Below are positions 1-9,703 of a stretch of DNA of 64,000 nt, piece after piece (position 1 is the stretch's first letter; each line of letters starts with the position of its first letter). The stretch lies in the sequence record NC_054921.1; one strand, written 5' to 3'. The position numbers were made by a program, and so were the translations under genes. The notes beneath the pieces were generated by a model, which worked only from the letters and a program-made list of their open reading frames with translations, did not search any database and was not told the DNA's origin. The stretch comes from Escherichia phage vB_EcoM_IME537.

Positions 1-209
1 AAGTCCATTAGATTATAATATGTAAAAGGCACCGGATTAACATCACTAGTCACAAGCACGTAATTAGCAACTGCTATAATTTCGTTGTTTTTAACGAATA
101 CAAACCGTGATTGATGCGAATGACCTGGACCTGCGTTTTCACGATTAATGATATAACACTGGGCACCTTTATATTTGTACGTGTCTTTGCACTTGTGCAT
201 TTGATAAAG
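1..209 (-). CDS. hypothetical protein, 5' partial at window edge (61.2-position ORF)
   Basis: Minus-strand ORF starting at ATG near 209 (MLYQMHKCKD...) and running off the window start. Confidence 0.3.
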
Positions 210-211
210 CA

Positions 212-505
212 TTATTCACCTACCACTTCAGCGATGATATTTTTATTATTGAAGTTTTTATCGCAATACAAAACATAATTATACTGCATTACACCACCAG
301 ACTTAAGCTGTTTTTGTACTTCAGCTTTCATTTCAGGACGATCACGCTCAACGATATTCATAATATCCGCTTCAATTTGAGTTTCAACCTCAGTCTGATC
401 TGCAGTCATAGACCACTCACACAAATCTTTATCATAACCTGCCATAGCAGGCTGAGCAGTACAAGAAGCCAAAGCAAAAATTGCAGCAAAAACAAATTTT
501 TTCAT
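212..505 (-). CDS. sp: Spackle-like periplasmic protein (inhibitor of gp5 lysozyme, superinfection exclusion)
   Basis: 97 aa with N-terminal signal peptide MKKFVFAAIFALASCTAQPAMA; size and position between 41 and 61 match T4 sp (61.3) as I recall it. Confidence 0.55.
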   Translation of the reverse strand: MKKFVFAAIFALASCTAQPAMAGYDKDLCEWSMTADQTEVETQIEADIMNIVERDRPEMKAEVQKQLKSGGVMQYNYVLYCDKNFNNKNIIAEVVGE

Positions 506-563
506 GATAATCTCCTCAGTAGTTTATGTTTATAATAGTATCTCAATTTCCAACAAAAGTAAA

Positions 564-818
564 CTATTTTATTTCCTCAAGTTCGTTAATCAATAAAAGT
601 TCTCTGACGCTAAAAACAAAGAAAAATGTGTTCCCATCAACCAGAGCATGACCGCTAATAGAACACCCTCTGCGGAATTTAGAAACTTCACAATCTAGAA
701 CTGTAAAGGGTTTTAATCCTATGACTTTAGCTGTGCGTCTATTCAGTTCACAACCACTTGCGAATTTTTCCAAATCTTCTTCTGATTTAAACTGATATTC
801 TCTATTAACTAGCATCAT
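564..818 (-). CDS. hypothetical protein (61.x region)
   Basis: 84 aa ORF preceded by an early promoter cassette. Confidence 0.45.
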   Translation of the reverse strand: MMLVNREYQFKSEEDLEKFASGCELNRRTAKVIGLKPFTVLDCEVSKFRRGCSISGHALVDGNTFFFVFSVRELLLINELEEIK

Positions 819-847
819 TTTCTTTTCTCCGCGATTAGCTGATAGAA

Positions 848-880
848 TTACTATAACACAACTCTATCAGCTTGTAAACT
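848..880 (-). promoter_or_regulatory. T4-type early promoter (GTTTAC -35, 18 bp spacer, TATAGT -10)
   Basis: Minus strand reads GTTTACaagctgatagagttgtgtTATAGT. Confidence 0.5.
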
Positions 881-902
881 ACTATTTTACTAGCATCAAT
901 AA

Positions 903-1166
903 CTATTTCTCTAACTTGACGATTTTACGAAAGTATCTTTTGCATTGACGAATCTGTCGCTTCGTAGGGCGCACAGCAAACTTAATAAATTCCACTCGAC
1001 CAAATGGAGGGCTTTCTTCTGCTGGAATATCTAACACCAATTCCCACGTATCCGCAATAAGTGCCTTGAATTGAGTATTTTTCCTGACATTATATGGAGT
1101 AGGTTTAAATAAAACGATATGCATATTATCCTCGGCAATCCACTTCGCATACTTTCTTATCATCAA
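903..1166 (-). CDS. hypothetical protein (61.4-position)
   Basis: 87 aa ORF, basic C-terminus. Confidence 0.45.
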   Translation of the reverse strand: MMIRKYAKWIAEDNMHIVLFKPTPYNVRKNTQFKALIADTWELVLDIPAEESPPFGRVEFIKFAVRPTKRQIRQCKRYFRKIVKLEK

Positions 1167-1308
1167 TGAAAGCTTTAACTAAAGCTTTATTAACTTCAGC
1201 ATATTGAGTAGTAGCCCATTGAACGTCATCTTTCATCATTGTAATTTCTTTAGTAAACATGCTTTCATTCTTAAACCACCCCATAAAAACTACCTTTACC
1301 AATTCCAT
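1126..1308 (-). CDS. dmd: Dmd-like antitoxin (inhibitor of host RnlA/LsoA RNases)
   Basis: 60 aa ORF MELVKVVFMGWFKNESMF... immediately downstream of gene 41; matches length and position of T4 61.5/dmd from memory. Confidence 0.5.
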   Translation of the reverse strand: MELVKVVFMGWFKNESMFTKEITMMKDDVQWATTQYAEVNKALVKAFIDDKKVCEVDCRG

Positions 1309-1335
1309 AACAATCTCCTCATTTAACCAACAAGA

Positions 1336-1368
1336 CTACTATACCATAGTCTTGTCAGCTTGTAAACT
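1336..1368 (-). promoter_or_regulatory. T4-type early promoter
   Basis: Minus strand GTTTACaagctgacaagactatggTATAGT upstream of the dmd ORF. Confidence 0.5.
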
Positions 1369-2794
1369 AAAATTTTAATTCATTTGCCAAAGCATCTAAC
1401 TGGGCTCGAGTAGATTCATTTCTTTGATAGCGATTCTGCTCAGCTTGTATCTGTTGTGAACCTGCTACTTCGTTCACTTCGGTTGGAGTAGAATCTTGCT
1501 CAATTTCTACCCATTTTTGATTTCCTTTTTGAACACCCATCAAAAACTTATTCCATTTATTCTTATCACCATATCGTGATTTGATTTGCTTAATGAGTTG
1601 CTGTTCAGCCGCTGCTAACTCCTCGGTTTCAATGACCGCAAGCATAAAATCGGCTGTTGCTGGAAGACCGGCAGATTCTGCAATATCGCTCATGTTAACA
1701 TCAGAAGAATCCCAAGCTTGCTTACCAACCTGTGCTGCAGTCCAAAGAACAGTTTCGGTTTCAACAGCTAGAGCACGCAATTCCTCTGCGATAGCTTTAA
1801 CAGTTGTGTAACTATTTTCTGAGTAAACTCTGATGCGACAAGATTTACAAATACCTAGATAGTCGACAATAATGATTGTTGGAACAAAATTCTTCTTGAG
1901 CTTTAATTCGTTTAAAAGCGATCGAAATGTATTAGCGTCTGCTCCACCAGTAGGATACTGTTTAACGATTAAACGTCCAAGAGTAGATTTCTCACGCCAT
2001 TTTTCCATTTTTCCTTTATATTCAGCGTAAGAAATATGCCCATCATCAATGTCATCAAGAGAAACGTCAAGCATATTAGCATCAATACGTTTAGCACAGA
2101 CTTCTTCTGCCATTTCCATGGAAATGTAAAGAACATTATGACCGAGCTGTAAATAATCTGCTGCCAATGAACACAGACCTAATGACTTACCAACGTTAAC
2201 ACCAGCCATTAAAACGTTCAGTGTTCCAGTTTCAGCTCCGCCTTTAGTAATTTTATTTAGAATTTTGAGTTTAAATGGAACCTTACGAGCTTTATTCATA
2301 TAAGATAGCCAACGTGCTTCATAGTCATCCATCCAATCATGACCAACGTAACTATCAAATGAAATTGATAATGCTTGGCGCATGATGTCAGGAATAGCAC
2401 CAACATCCGGCATTTTCTTATTTCGTTTTTCCGGAGGAAGCTCAGCATTGGTTTGAATTTCAATTATTTTAGACGTAGCATTAAACATCGCCCTTTGCTG
2501 AACATATTTTTCTGTTTCTTTTACTAACCAGCTGTGGTCTTCCGGAGAATCGGTTAGTTTTGAAATAAGTGTTTTTACACCAGAATATTCTGTTTCAGTA
2601 AATGAACTATTTTCTAATGCAACATTTAACGCATTAATAGATGGAACGCTATGATACTCATTAACATGTGATTTAATTAATTTGAATGTATTTTTAGCTG
2701 GACCACTTTCAAAATATTCTGAATCCATATATGGCCAAACTTTTGAAAAATAAGCTTGATCAAATATGAGATGAGAAAGAATAATTTCTACCAC
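1367..2794 (-). CDS. 41: replicative DNA helicase gp41
   Basis: 475 aa, DnaB-family P-loop (GVNVGKSLGLCSLAADY); same length as T4 gp41; followed by uvsX and 43 in T4 order. Confidence 0.9.
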   Translation of the reverse strand: MVEIILSHLIFDQAYFSKVWPYMDSEYFESGPAKNTFKLIKSHVNEYHSVPSINALNVALENSSFTETEYSGVKTLISKLTDSPEDHSWLVKETEKYVQQRAMFNATSKIIEIQTNAELPPEKRNKKMPDVGAIPDIMRQALSISFDSYVGHDWMDDYEARWLSYMNKARKVPFKLKILNKITKGGAETGTLNVLMAGVNVGKSLGLCSLAADYLQLGHNVLYISMEMAEEVCAKRIDANMLDVSLDDIDDGHISYAEYKGKMEKWREKSTLGRLIVKQYPTGGADANTFRSLLNELKLKKNFVPTIIIVDYLGICKSCRIRVYSENSYTTVKAIAEELRALAVETETVLWTAAQVGKQAWDSSDVNMSDIAESAGLPATADFMLAVIETEELAAAEQQLIKQIKSRYGDKNKWNKFLMGVQKGNQKWVEIEQDSTPTEVNEVAGSQQIQAEQNRYQRNESTRAQLDALANELKF

Positions 2795-2803
2795 ACTTAC
2801 TCC

Positions 2804-3160
2804 TTAAAGAAATTTAAATTTTTTCTTTGACCTTTTATTAAATGCATCTTGTAGTTGCATTGTAATACATTTTTCTACATGAGGAGCTAACTCAGCTTTT
2901 CTTTCTTGGTCAAGAACAGCAAAGTCCATTACGACTTTTCCATCAACCCAATCTAATTTTGTCACATACACAATGTGTGTAGAACCATCTTCTAGTTTAA
3001 TGACAATCTCCTGGATAACATTTTCCATGGCAGATTTAATTATCTTAAGGGATTCATTAAAAAGACGTTCTTTTCTTTCTTCTTCCCCCTCCGAAGAGGG
3101 GGATTCGTCGATAATTTCTAAATCTAAATCATCTTTATTCATTAAATTCTTCCATATCAC
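2804..3160 (-). CDS. 40: gp40-position protein (head assembly accessory)
   Basis: 118 aa acidic ORF between 41 and uvsX, as in T4. Confidence 0.45.
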   Translation of the reverse strand: MIWKNLMNKDDLDLEIIDESPSSEGEEERKERLFNESLKIIKSAMENVIQEIVIKLEDGSTHIVYVTKLDWVDGKVVMDFAVLDQERKAELAPHVEKCITMQLQDAFNKRSKKKFKFL

Positions 3161-4316
3161 TTAACTGATCTAGGTCAGTTTCTAAATCAGCTGCTGATTT
3201 ACTTTTACTTTCTGGAGATTTAAATTTTTCAACCTTTGAGTTAATTAATTCATCAACTTCAGCTTCAACAATTTCATTGCTATCAATAGCACCTAACTGA
3301 TAAGCACGTTTAATAGCATCTCGGAATGGCTGATGTTTAAATAAAGGACCCCAGAATGTAGTGCAATTGGTATCTTTTGCACGCCAAGATTTTTCTTCGC
3401 GAATCATCTCGCCGGTTTCTTCGTCAAGAAATTCACGAGCATACCAGCCATTTTTAGGTTTTACTACAAATCCTAATTCAAGAGCCATATCTAACAATCC
3501 AGAATAAGGATCGATACCACCGTCAAATTTAACATCAATAAAGAATTTACTTTTTTCTTTAACGGTACGAGATTTTTCTACATTTAGAACAAATTGATAC
3601 CCCTGAAGATCAGAACCATCTTTAATCTGGCGCTTACCGATAATGAATACAGTATCAGCCGAATACATTACGCCTGTACCACCTGTCATCACGGTTTTAC
3701 TAAACATTTCAATTGTTTCAATTGTATGGTTAACCGCAACACATGGAATGTTTTTAATACTAAAATAAGGAGTAACGATACGGAATAATGACTTCAGTGA
3801 TTTAGCACGAGTCATATCTGCCACAGATTTTTCATTCAAGGCATCTTCCGTTTCTTTCTTAGAAGCCATATTACCGATTGAGTCGATGAATACAATAACT
3901 TTTTCACCACGCTCGATAGCTTCAAGCTGATTCACCATATCAATTTTCAGCTGTTCAACTGACTGGATTGGTGTATGAATTACTCGTTCCGGGTCAACTC
4001 CCATGGATCGCAAATAAGCTGGAGTAATACCAAATTCGCTATCATAGAATAAACAAACCGCATCAGGATATTTGTTCAAATACGCCGCAACCATAGTCAA
4101 AGACATATTTGATTTAAAGTGTTTAGAAGGACCTGCAAAAATAGTTAAACCAGACTGCATACCGCCATCAATCGCACCGGAAATAGCAATATTAAGCATT
4201 GGGATTTTTGTACGGATTACATCCTTTTCATTAAAGAATTTAGATGTAGTCAGTTCAGCAGTCATTTTAGAAGTGGAAGCTTTAATCAAACGGGATTTTA
4301 AATCTGCAATAGACAT
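3135..4316 (-). CDS. uvsX: UvsX recombinase (RecA/Rad51 family)
   Basis: 393 aa; Walker A GPSKHFKSN, near-identical to T4 UvsX over most of its length from memory. Confidence 0.92.
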   Translation of the reverse strand: MSIADLKSRLIKASTSKMTAELTTSKFFNEKDVIRTKIPMLNIAISGAIDGGMQSGLTIFAGPSKHFKSNMSLTMVAAYLNKYPDAVCLFYDSEFGITPAYLRSMGVDPERVIHTPIQSVEQLKIDMVNQLEAIERGEKVIVFIDSIGNMASKKETEDALNEKSVADMTRAKSLKSLFRIVTPYFSIKNIPCVAVNHTIETIEMFSKTVMTGGTGVMYSADTVFIIGKRQIKDGSDLQGYQFVLNVEKSRTVKEKSKFFIDVKFDGGIDPYSGLLDMALELGFVVKPKNGWYAREFLDEETGEMIREEKSWRAKDTNCTTFWGPLFKHQPFRDAIKRAYQLGAIDSNEIVEAEVDELINSKVEKFKSPESKSKSAADLETDLDQLSDMEEFNE

Positions 4317-4393
4317 TCATTTTTTCCATAGGCATCATTATATTTTCCTCACTGGTTAAAGATAGGGTAATTATAACACAATAAATTTAGGCA

Positions 4394-5242
4394 TTAATCA
4401 ACTGCTATTGGATGAATAGCATTAAACTTATGAAACGCTTCTGATTTTTCTTTGCGCGAAACACACATACGAAGAACCTTTAATGGCTCGTCTTCTTCAC
4501 CTAATGATTTTCGTTTTTCAATATTAGAAGTTTTCCAACGAGCTTGCTCTGGAAACTCTCTATTGATTTGCTCGAGCGCTCTATTATGTTTTGAATTACT
4601 ACGAATTGAACTACATCCGCCAGGAGCTTGTGCTTTTCCAGATACAACTAGATATTTGAACAAGGCCAAATGCGGATAACCTTGATTAATTAAATTGAGA
4701 AATGCATACATATCTTCGCATAAATCAATTTTTCCATACCCAATTTGTTCTGTTGTAAGTTTTCCGAGGTCATACCAGGTATTCGTGAATCCATATGAAT
4801 TTTCACGATAATTACCCCAAGATGAAGTAATTTTAAAAATAGGTAGACGAGCATGGCCATGATAATACCCGCAATCCATGGCATCTTTAACGTATTGAAT
4901 CAATTCATAGAACTGTTCACGGGTTAATTGATTAATTTTATCTACGCAGCGACGATCATCTTTCTTTCGCATTGAACTCATACGAATAGTAGTATCATCA
5001 TCGATCATCCAAATTCGTTGACCTGCATACATATCAGTAATTGCTTTACGAGTTCCAGCAATTCCATTTACATCATCGGGAATAACTACAATTTTAGCTC
5101 TAGACCCGTAAGCGTCATAATAAGCTTTTTCTTCGTGTTCACGTACTACAATATGAGGTTCATAATCAGTCGGAAACATATCAAGGGCAGAAACTGCCCC
5201 TACGCGTTGATAGCTTGGAATTACGAATTGAATCATTTCCAC
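4394..5242 (-). CDS. putative glycosyltransferase occupying the T4 beta-gt locus (T2/T6-type HMC glucosylation enzyme candidate)
   Basis: 282 aa ORF between uvsX and 42; contains DDD/DxD-like motif (WMIDDDTT); does not resemble T4 beta-gt (351 aa, MKIAIINMGNN...). Confidence 0.45.
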   Translation of the reverse strand: MEMIQFVIPSYQRVGAVSALDMFPTDYEPHIVVREHEEKAYYDAYGSRAKIVVIPDDVNGIAGTRKAITDMYAGQRIWMIDDDTTIRMSSMRKKDDRRCVDKINQLTREQFYELIQYVKDAMDCGYYHGHARLPIFKITSSWGNYRENSYGFTNTWYDLGKLTTEQIGYGKIDLCEDMYAFLNLINQGYPHLALFKYLVVSGKAQAPGGCSSIRSNSKHNRALEQINREFPEQARWKTSNIEKRKSLGEEDEPLKVLRMCVSRKEKSEAFHKFNAIHPIAVD

Positions 5243-5973
5243 TCACCGTTATAATCTTTTTTCGCAATATGAGTTTCGCCAGTTTTCCACCAATGGTCAA
5301 CCAAATAAAAATGACGAGAATACACATGAAGGCTTCCAACATTCCATATAATGGAACCTGCTTTATACTGACGAGTTGAATCACCTGCATTCAAATCAGA
5401 TACTAATTTATCTAGTACGTATTTTTGCCATGCATAATCATTACGGAATCCAAAGACCACGTCATTTGAACGCATGCTTACTACTGCATTGACTTTCTTA
5501 TCACGAATCAGGTACTGTACTGTATTCGTACACATGAAATCTGACATACCATCTTTGTTGTAGTCAAACTGCATGGATGGACGAGTATAAATCATGATAC
5601 CGCGGCGAGAATCAGGATTTTGACCAAGTTCAGCTAAACACATATCATACTGGGCATAGTTATCTTCTGACCAGATAGCCCAACCATAATTCGAGTTAAT
5701 TTCACCTTTAGAAGATGCTACCTGTTGCCAAATCTTTGGCGTTTCGCCTGGAATATCTTTAACAAACAGACTTTGAGACTTATACCATTCAAGTTCACGT
5801 TGAATGTATTCATCATTAAGAGCACCAAAAATAAAAGGTTCATCTGCTACAAATGATGCGCCAATAATTTCAATAGTTTTAACACCAGTTTTATCAACTA
5901 CGAAATCTTTTTCCTTTAATGCAATTCCCAAATGAAGACGGGTTTCTTCAACTGTCATAGAGTCATTAATCAT
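5233..5973 (-). CDS. 42: dCMP hydroxymethylase gp42
   Basis: 246 aa, thymidylate-synthase-like; near-identical to T4 gp42 from memory. Confidence 0.9.
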   Translation of the reverse strand: MINDSMTVEETRLHLGIALKEKDFVVDKTGVKTIEIIGASFVADEPFIFGALNDEYIQRELEWYKSQSLFVKDIPGETPKIWQQVASSKGEINSNYGWAIWSEDNYAQYDMCLAELGQNPDSRRGIMIYTRPSMQFDYNKDGMSDFMCTNTVQYLIRDKKVNAVVSMRSNDVVFGFRNDYAWQKYVLDKLVSDLNAGDSTRQYKAGSIIWNVGSLHVYSRHFYLVDHWWKTGETHIAKKDYNGEWK

Positions 5974-6126
5974 TTAAACCTCAATTGATACATTCATATT
6001 TAACTTGTAACAGTAATAAGCTCCAGCCTAAAATAATAGTTGGAATCATACAAGGAACTGCTACGCTATAGTATATACTTATTATAATCATCAAGATTAA
6101 AAGCAATACTGCTAAAATTTTGCTTT

Positions 6127-6378
6127 TCATTCCTTCTCTCTGATGATAATTACTTGATTTTGCTGTACAGATTTTTTAGTTTCACCCGCAATTGACCAAA
6201 TAAATGTAATAAACCAACCAATGATTGACCAGTTAAACAGTAAAGATGTGAAAAAGATTCCTACTGTCGATTTTGACCCACGCATCAAGGCGATGAACCA
6301 CGGAAGCATGTATATAATAATAGCCAACACACCTGAAACTAAAACCATAAAAATTGAACCTGCTACTAAAGTTTCCAT
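6127..6378 (-). CDS. imm: immunity (superinfection exclusion) membrane protein
   Basis: 83 aa, two hydrophobic segments; size and position between 42 and 43 as in T4. Confidence 0.75.
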   Translation of the reverse strand: METLVAGSIFMVLVSGVLAIIIYMLPWFIALMRGSKSTVGIFFTSLLFNWSIIGWFITFIWSIAGETKKSVQQNQVIIIREKE

Positions 6379-6385
6379 GTTTTCC

Positions 6386-6766
6386 TCACTTAGTCAAATT
6401 TTTTACACATGAATTATAAGAATTTACTACATACTCCATCGGAGCATTTTTACCTGTACGCCATTGGTAATTATTAGCCCAATTTGCCCAAAGTTCAGCG
6501 CAGTAGCTTTCAATTTTTTCTTCACGCGTAATCACATCTGAATTACGATATGCTTGTGCAGATTCATCTGGACGAATAGCTTCGTCAAAATTCGCCTGCA
6601 TTTGTTCTACTGTCTGTTTTGGAGCCTCTTTATAACACTTAACATTAGGATTATAAAATTTGCTTGAACAGTTTACAATTTTTCCTACATCAGACTGATT
6701 TACTACCGGTCCTTGAGCTACACAACCAGTAAGACCCAATGCAATAACCAAAATAGCGATTTTCAT
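6386..6766 (-). CDS. predicted lipoprotein (signal peptide with lipobox LTGC)
   Basis: Start at MKIAILVIALGLTGC; the longer ORF-track start (6877) reads through the upstream promoter cassette and is unlikely to be real. Confidence 0.5.
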   Translation of the reverse strand: MKIAILVIALGLTGCVAQGPVVNQSDVGKIVNCSSKFYNPNVKCYKEAPKQTVEQMQANFDEAIRPDESAQAYRNSDVITREEKIESYCAELWANWANNYQWRTGKNAPMEYVVNSYNSCVKNLTK

Positions 6767-6797
6767 TTCATTCTCCAAATCCGTATCAGTTGATAGT

Positions 6798-6831
6798 TGT
6801 ATAGTACCACGGAAGAACAGAGATGTAAACA
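6798..6831 (-). promoter_or_regulatory. T4-type early promoter cassette (PeSL-like, family A)
   Basis: Minus strand GTTTACatctctgttcttccgtggTACTAT; about 70 bp near-identical to 50505-50585. Confidence 0.55.
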
Positions 6832-6917
6832 GTTTTGTGAAAAAAATTTTTAATGAATTCCAGAGGTCCAGAATCATCTATTTTTCCTAAATATAGATTT
6901 ATATTACTTGTGTGAAA

Positions 6918-6935
6918 AAGGGACCCGGAGGTCCC
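6918..6935 (-). terminator. stem-loop terminator downstream of gene 43
   Basis: agggacccggaggtccct hairpin followed on the minus strand by a T-run. Confidence 0.5.
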
Positions 6936-6948
6936 TAGATTTATTCTA

Positions 6949-9645
6949 TCAGCCAAACAGGAAGTCTAACGAAGCTTTTTCCTCATAGTCCATACCTGCC
7001 GATTCACACATACCCGCAAGCGGTTTAACAAACGATTTTTGGAACAAAGTTGAGTAGTCAATCCAAGACAGTACATCAGAACGAATTTCTTTTGGAAGTT
7101 CCGTACCCGACGGCCAAGCAATGCATTTATCGCCAAATGGATTTCCCTCACGTAATGGAAGAACCATTACCTTATTTCCATCCAAAATTGGAGCTACACC
7201 TAAACCATTAACAGCTCGACGATAAGTTAGCACCCCACGAATATGGAACGGGCATTTAAACCCTGGCCAACCTTTATCATCATATTTCGCTATATCATTC
7301 GCGGTTTTTACTTCAGCAATAACTTTATAATCAAGTTGACGATATTCTTTCTCAAAGTTCTTATAGTATTCTTGGACAGACTCTTCGCCTTCCTGAAGAA
7401 TACGACGAATACTTTCTTCAAGAGCTTCTTGCACTGCTTTTGGTGTTGAACTCTGTTGAGTTTCCATACCCATGATTTTTAGATGCGGTTCAGCAAATCG
7501 CTTATCTTCCATATCATAAACGTTCAGAGCATAACGTTTTTTCGCTTTCCAAAATCCACCAACACCCTTTGAACCAAGCGGAGGACAAGAAATAGCTTCA
7601 CGGTCCATATGCATCAGATGCTCGCGGTTATTCATATAATCACATAACTCACGATATGCAACATCAATCATAGGTTCCATCTTTTTCTTACCGAACTGAT
7701 TCATGAATTCAACTAAATCATTTTGTTCTTTAAAGCGATCAAGACCTACTTTTTCAATTACTTTATCTACACAAACATATACCGAATCAGTATCACCTGC
7801 TGCGATGAAATCTTCACCATCAGTTCCACATACTTTATTCAGATATTCATTAATTTTACGAGCAATCCACTGAATACCAACTTGACCGAAAATTGTGATA
7901 GCAGTAGCATTTCGCAAATCATAGTAACGGAAATGAATATTACCAAGAGCACCATAAAGACTGTTAATAAGAATTTTACGGTTCAGCTGATTTGTGTTAG
8001 CAAGTGTAGCTGCTTTTTCACATTCTTCGATCAGACTATTAAGAACAGATTCAGTGTAATTCGATAATTCGTTTAAGAAATCATCATTGAACTTAACATA
8101 TCGTTCAACTTCTGGTTTAGTTGAACAAGACCCTGCACCTTTCATAATAATCTTTTTAATAGCTTCGGCATTCATTTCTTCAGCGAACATTTTCTTTTTC
8201 CAATCTTTACGTTGGAAAAATACTTTAGCGATTTCCTTTGGAATGATACCTTCTTGATGCTTATCATACATCCATCCATTCGGAGAACAAGAATATTCAT
8301 CACTTGGCTTAGGAGCTGTTCCTGCGATATATTCATGAATTGGATGAACTTTAAACTGTCCACGAATAGTCTCAGGACTAATGTTAACCTGACGAATAAT
8401 GCTAGGATACAGAGACGTCAAGTCAAAACTCATAATGTATCGACGAGCAATCGGTTTAGGTTCAAACACAAATGCACCTGGAAAACTCTGTTTAACGTGC
8501 GAACCTTGTTGAGGAATAACCTTATGTTCACCTTTCAGTGAGTTAAAAATAATAGCATCCCAAGTTTTAATAGGACTCATTACACCAGAAAAAGGCATTT
8601 TAGCGTAATAAGACATACTTAAAACTAGATCGATAAACCCACGAATTTTATCAATTGCTTGAACTGATTCTACGTCAATGATGTTATAACTAATGTATCG
8701 TTGATGATTAGTCTCACGAAGTTTATTAATAGGACCATCGTACGGCAATTTACCTTTTTTGGTTTCGTGCTGAGCAACTGATTCCAAAGAGAACGATGGC
8801 AAATTAGTAAATGCGAACTTCTTGTACAAATCTAAATAATCAAGAATAGATACGCCATCAATAGAATAAATTTCTTTGCTACCGTACATATTTTGAATTA
8901 GTTTAGATTTTACTCGACCGATTGGAGAGAAACGTTTCATACTGCGTTCACCGAGAACCATTTTAACACGATTCATGATATACGGAACGTCAAATCCCTC
9001 AATATTCCAACCAGTAAAAATAGCAGGTCGTTTCTGTTCCCAGAGATTAATATATTCCATGAGCATATCACGCTCATTATCAAATGGCATATAAATTACT
9101 CGGTCAAGAATTTCTTGAGGAACTTCATCACCACCTTCACAGTCAAGCTTAGCAGCTAACTTTGCATCCCATTTTGATACTGAGCCGTACATTGAATTCA
9201 ACAAATCAAAGACGTAAAAACGGTCGTCAATTGAATCATAATGAGTGATAGCATCAATTTCATATTCTGCTTTCATTGGGTCAGGAAATTTATCGCCAGT
9301 AACCTCAATGTCACAGTTAGCTACACGAACAAATTTTCGGTCATAAACAATTTCTGAACCATATGTATCACTGATATAAGCGAGTTTAAAATCGTTCATA
9401 CCGAGAGCTTCGAGACCGATGTCTTCCATTCGTTTCATCCAATCTCGTGCATCTTTCATTGATGGAAATTTTTGAGGAGCACAGTTTTTACCGTAAATGT
9501 CTTTGTATTTTGATTCTTCCTTACAGTGTCTAAACATAGTCGGAAGATATTCTACTTCACGAGTACGTTCCTTTCCGTTTTCATCAATATAACGTTCAAT
9601 AATGTTATTTCCGACTGTTTCAATAGAGATATAAAATTCTTTCAT
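6949..9645 (-). CDS. 43: DNA polymerase gp43 (family B, with 3'-5' exonuclease)
   Basis: 898 aa, same length as T4 gp43; conserved motifs incl. YGDTDS-like (AAGDTDS) and SLYPS. Confidence 0.95.
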   Translation of the reverse strand: MKEFYISIETVGNNIIERYIDENGKERTREVEYLPTMFRHCKEESKYKDIYGKNCAPQKFPSMKDARDWMKRMEDIGLEALGMNDFKLAYISDTYGSEIVYDRKFVRVANCDIEVTGDKFPDPMKAEYEIDAITHYDSIDDRFYVFDLLNSMYGSVSKWDAKLAAKLDCEGGDEVPQEILDRVIYMPFDNERDMLMEYINLWEQKRPAIFTGWNIEGFDVPYIMNRVKMVLGERSMKRFSPIGRVKSKLIQNMYGSKEIYSIDGVSILDYLDLYKKFAFTNLPSFSLESVAQHETKKGKLPYDGPINKLRETNHQRYISYNIIDVESVQAIDKIRGFIDLVLSMSYYAKMPFSGVMSPIKTWDAIIFNSLKGEHKVIPQQGSHVKQSFPGAFVFEPKPIARRYIMSFDLTSLYPSIIRQVNISPETIRGQFKVHPIHEYIAGTAPKPSDEYSCSPNGWMYDKHQEGIIPKEIAKVFFQRKDWKKKMFAEEMNAEAIKKIIMKGAGSCSTKPEVERYVKFNDDFLNELSNYTESVLNSLIEECEKAATLANTNQLNRKILINSLYGALGNIHFRYYDLRNATAITIFGQVGIQWIARKINEYLNKVCGTDGEDFIAAGDTDSVYVCVDKVIEKVGLDRFKEQNDLVEFMNQFGKKKMEPMIDVAYRELCDYMNNREHLMHMDREAISCPPLGSKGVGGFWKAKKRYALNVYDMEDKRFAEPHLKIMGMETQQSSTPKAVQEALEESIRRILQEGEESVQEYYKNFEKEYRQLDYKVIAEVKTANDIAKYDDKGWPGFKCPFHIRGVLTYRRAVNGLGVAPILDGNKVMVLPLREGNPFGDKCIAWPSGTELPKEIRSDVLSWIDYSTLFQKSFVKPLAGMCESAGMDYEEKASLDFLFG

Positions 9646-9703
9646 AGATATTCCTTAGTTTATAGCCCGAGTTATTAGGCTCTTGATATATTATACTCCA
9701 AAT

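Noticed and set aside
4394-5242. Looked for T4-type beta-glucosyltransferase at its expected locus
   Set aside because: The ORF present does not resemble T4 beta-gt as I recall it, so it is annotated only as a putative alternative glycosyltransferase.
6767-6877. N-terminal extension of the lipoprotein ORF (also 50486-50680 and 54554-54619 for two other ORFs)
   Set aside because: The extensions translate the promoter cassette itself (similar FTKLFTSLFF... peptides at unrelated loci) and lie upstream of the -10 element; true starts are the internal Met codons.
7723-8541. Plus-strand ORFs (7723-8067, 8212-8541) antisense within DNA polymerase gene 43
   Set aside because: Low-complexity translations inside a well-supported 898-aa minus-strand gene; typical antisense artefacts of AT-rich DNA. 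The same applies to 1581-1811, 3594-3788, 4072-4359, 14090-14473, 15772-15996, 58055-58240, 59218-59427 and 61232-61450.
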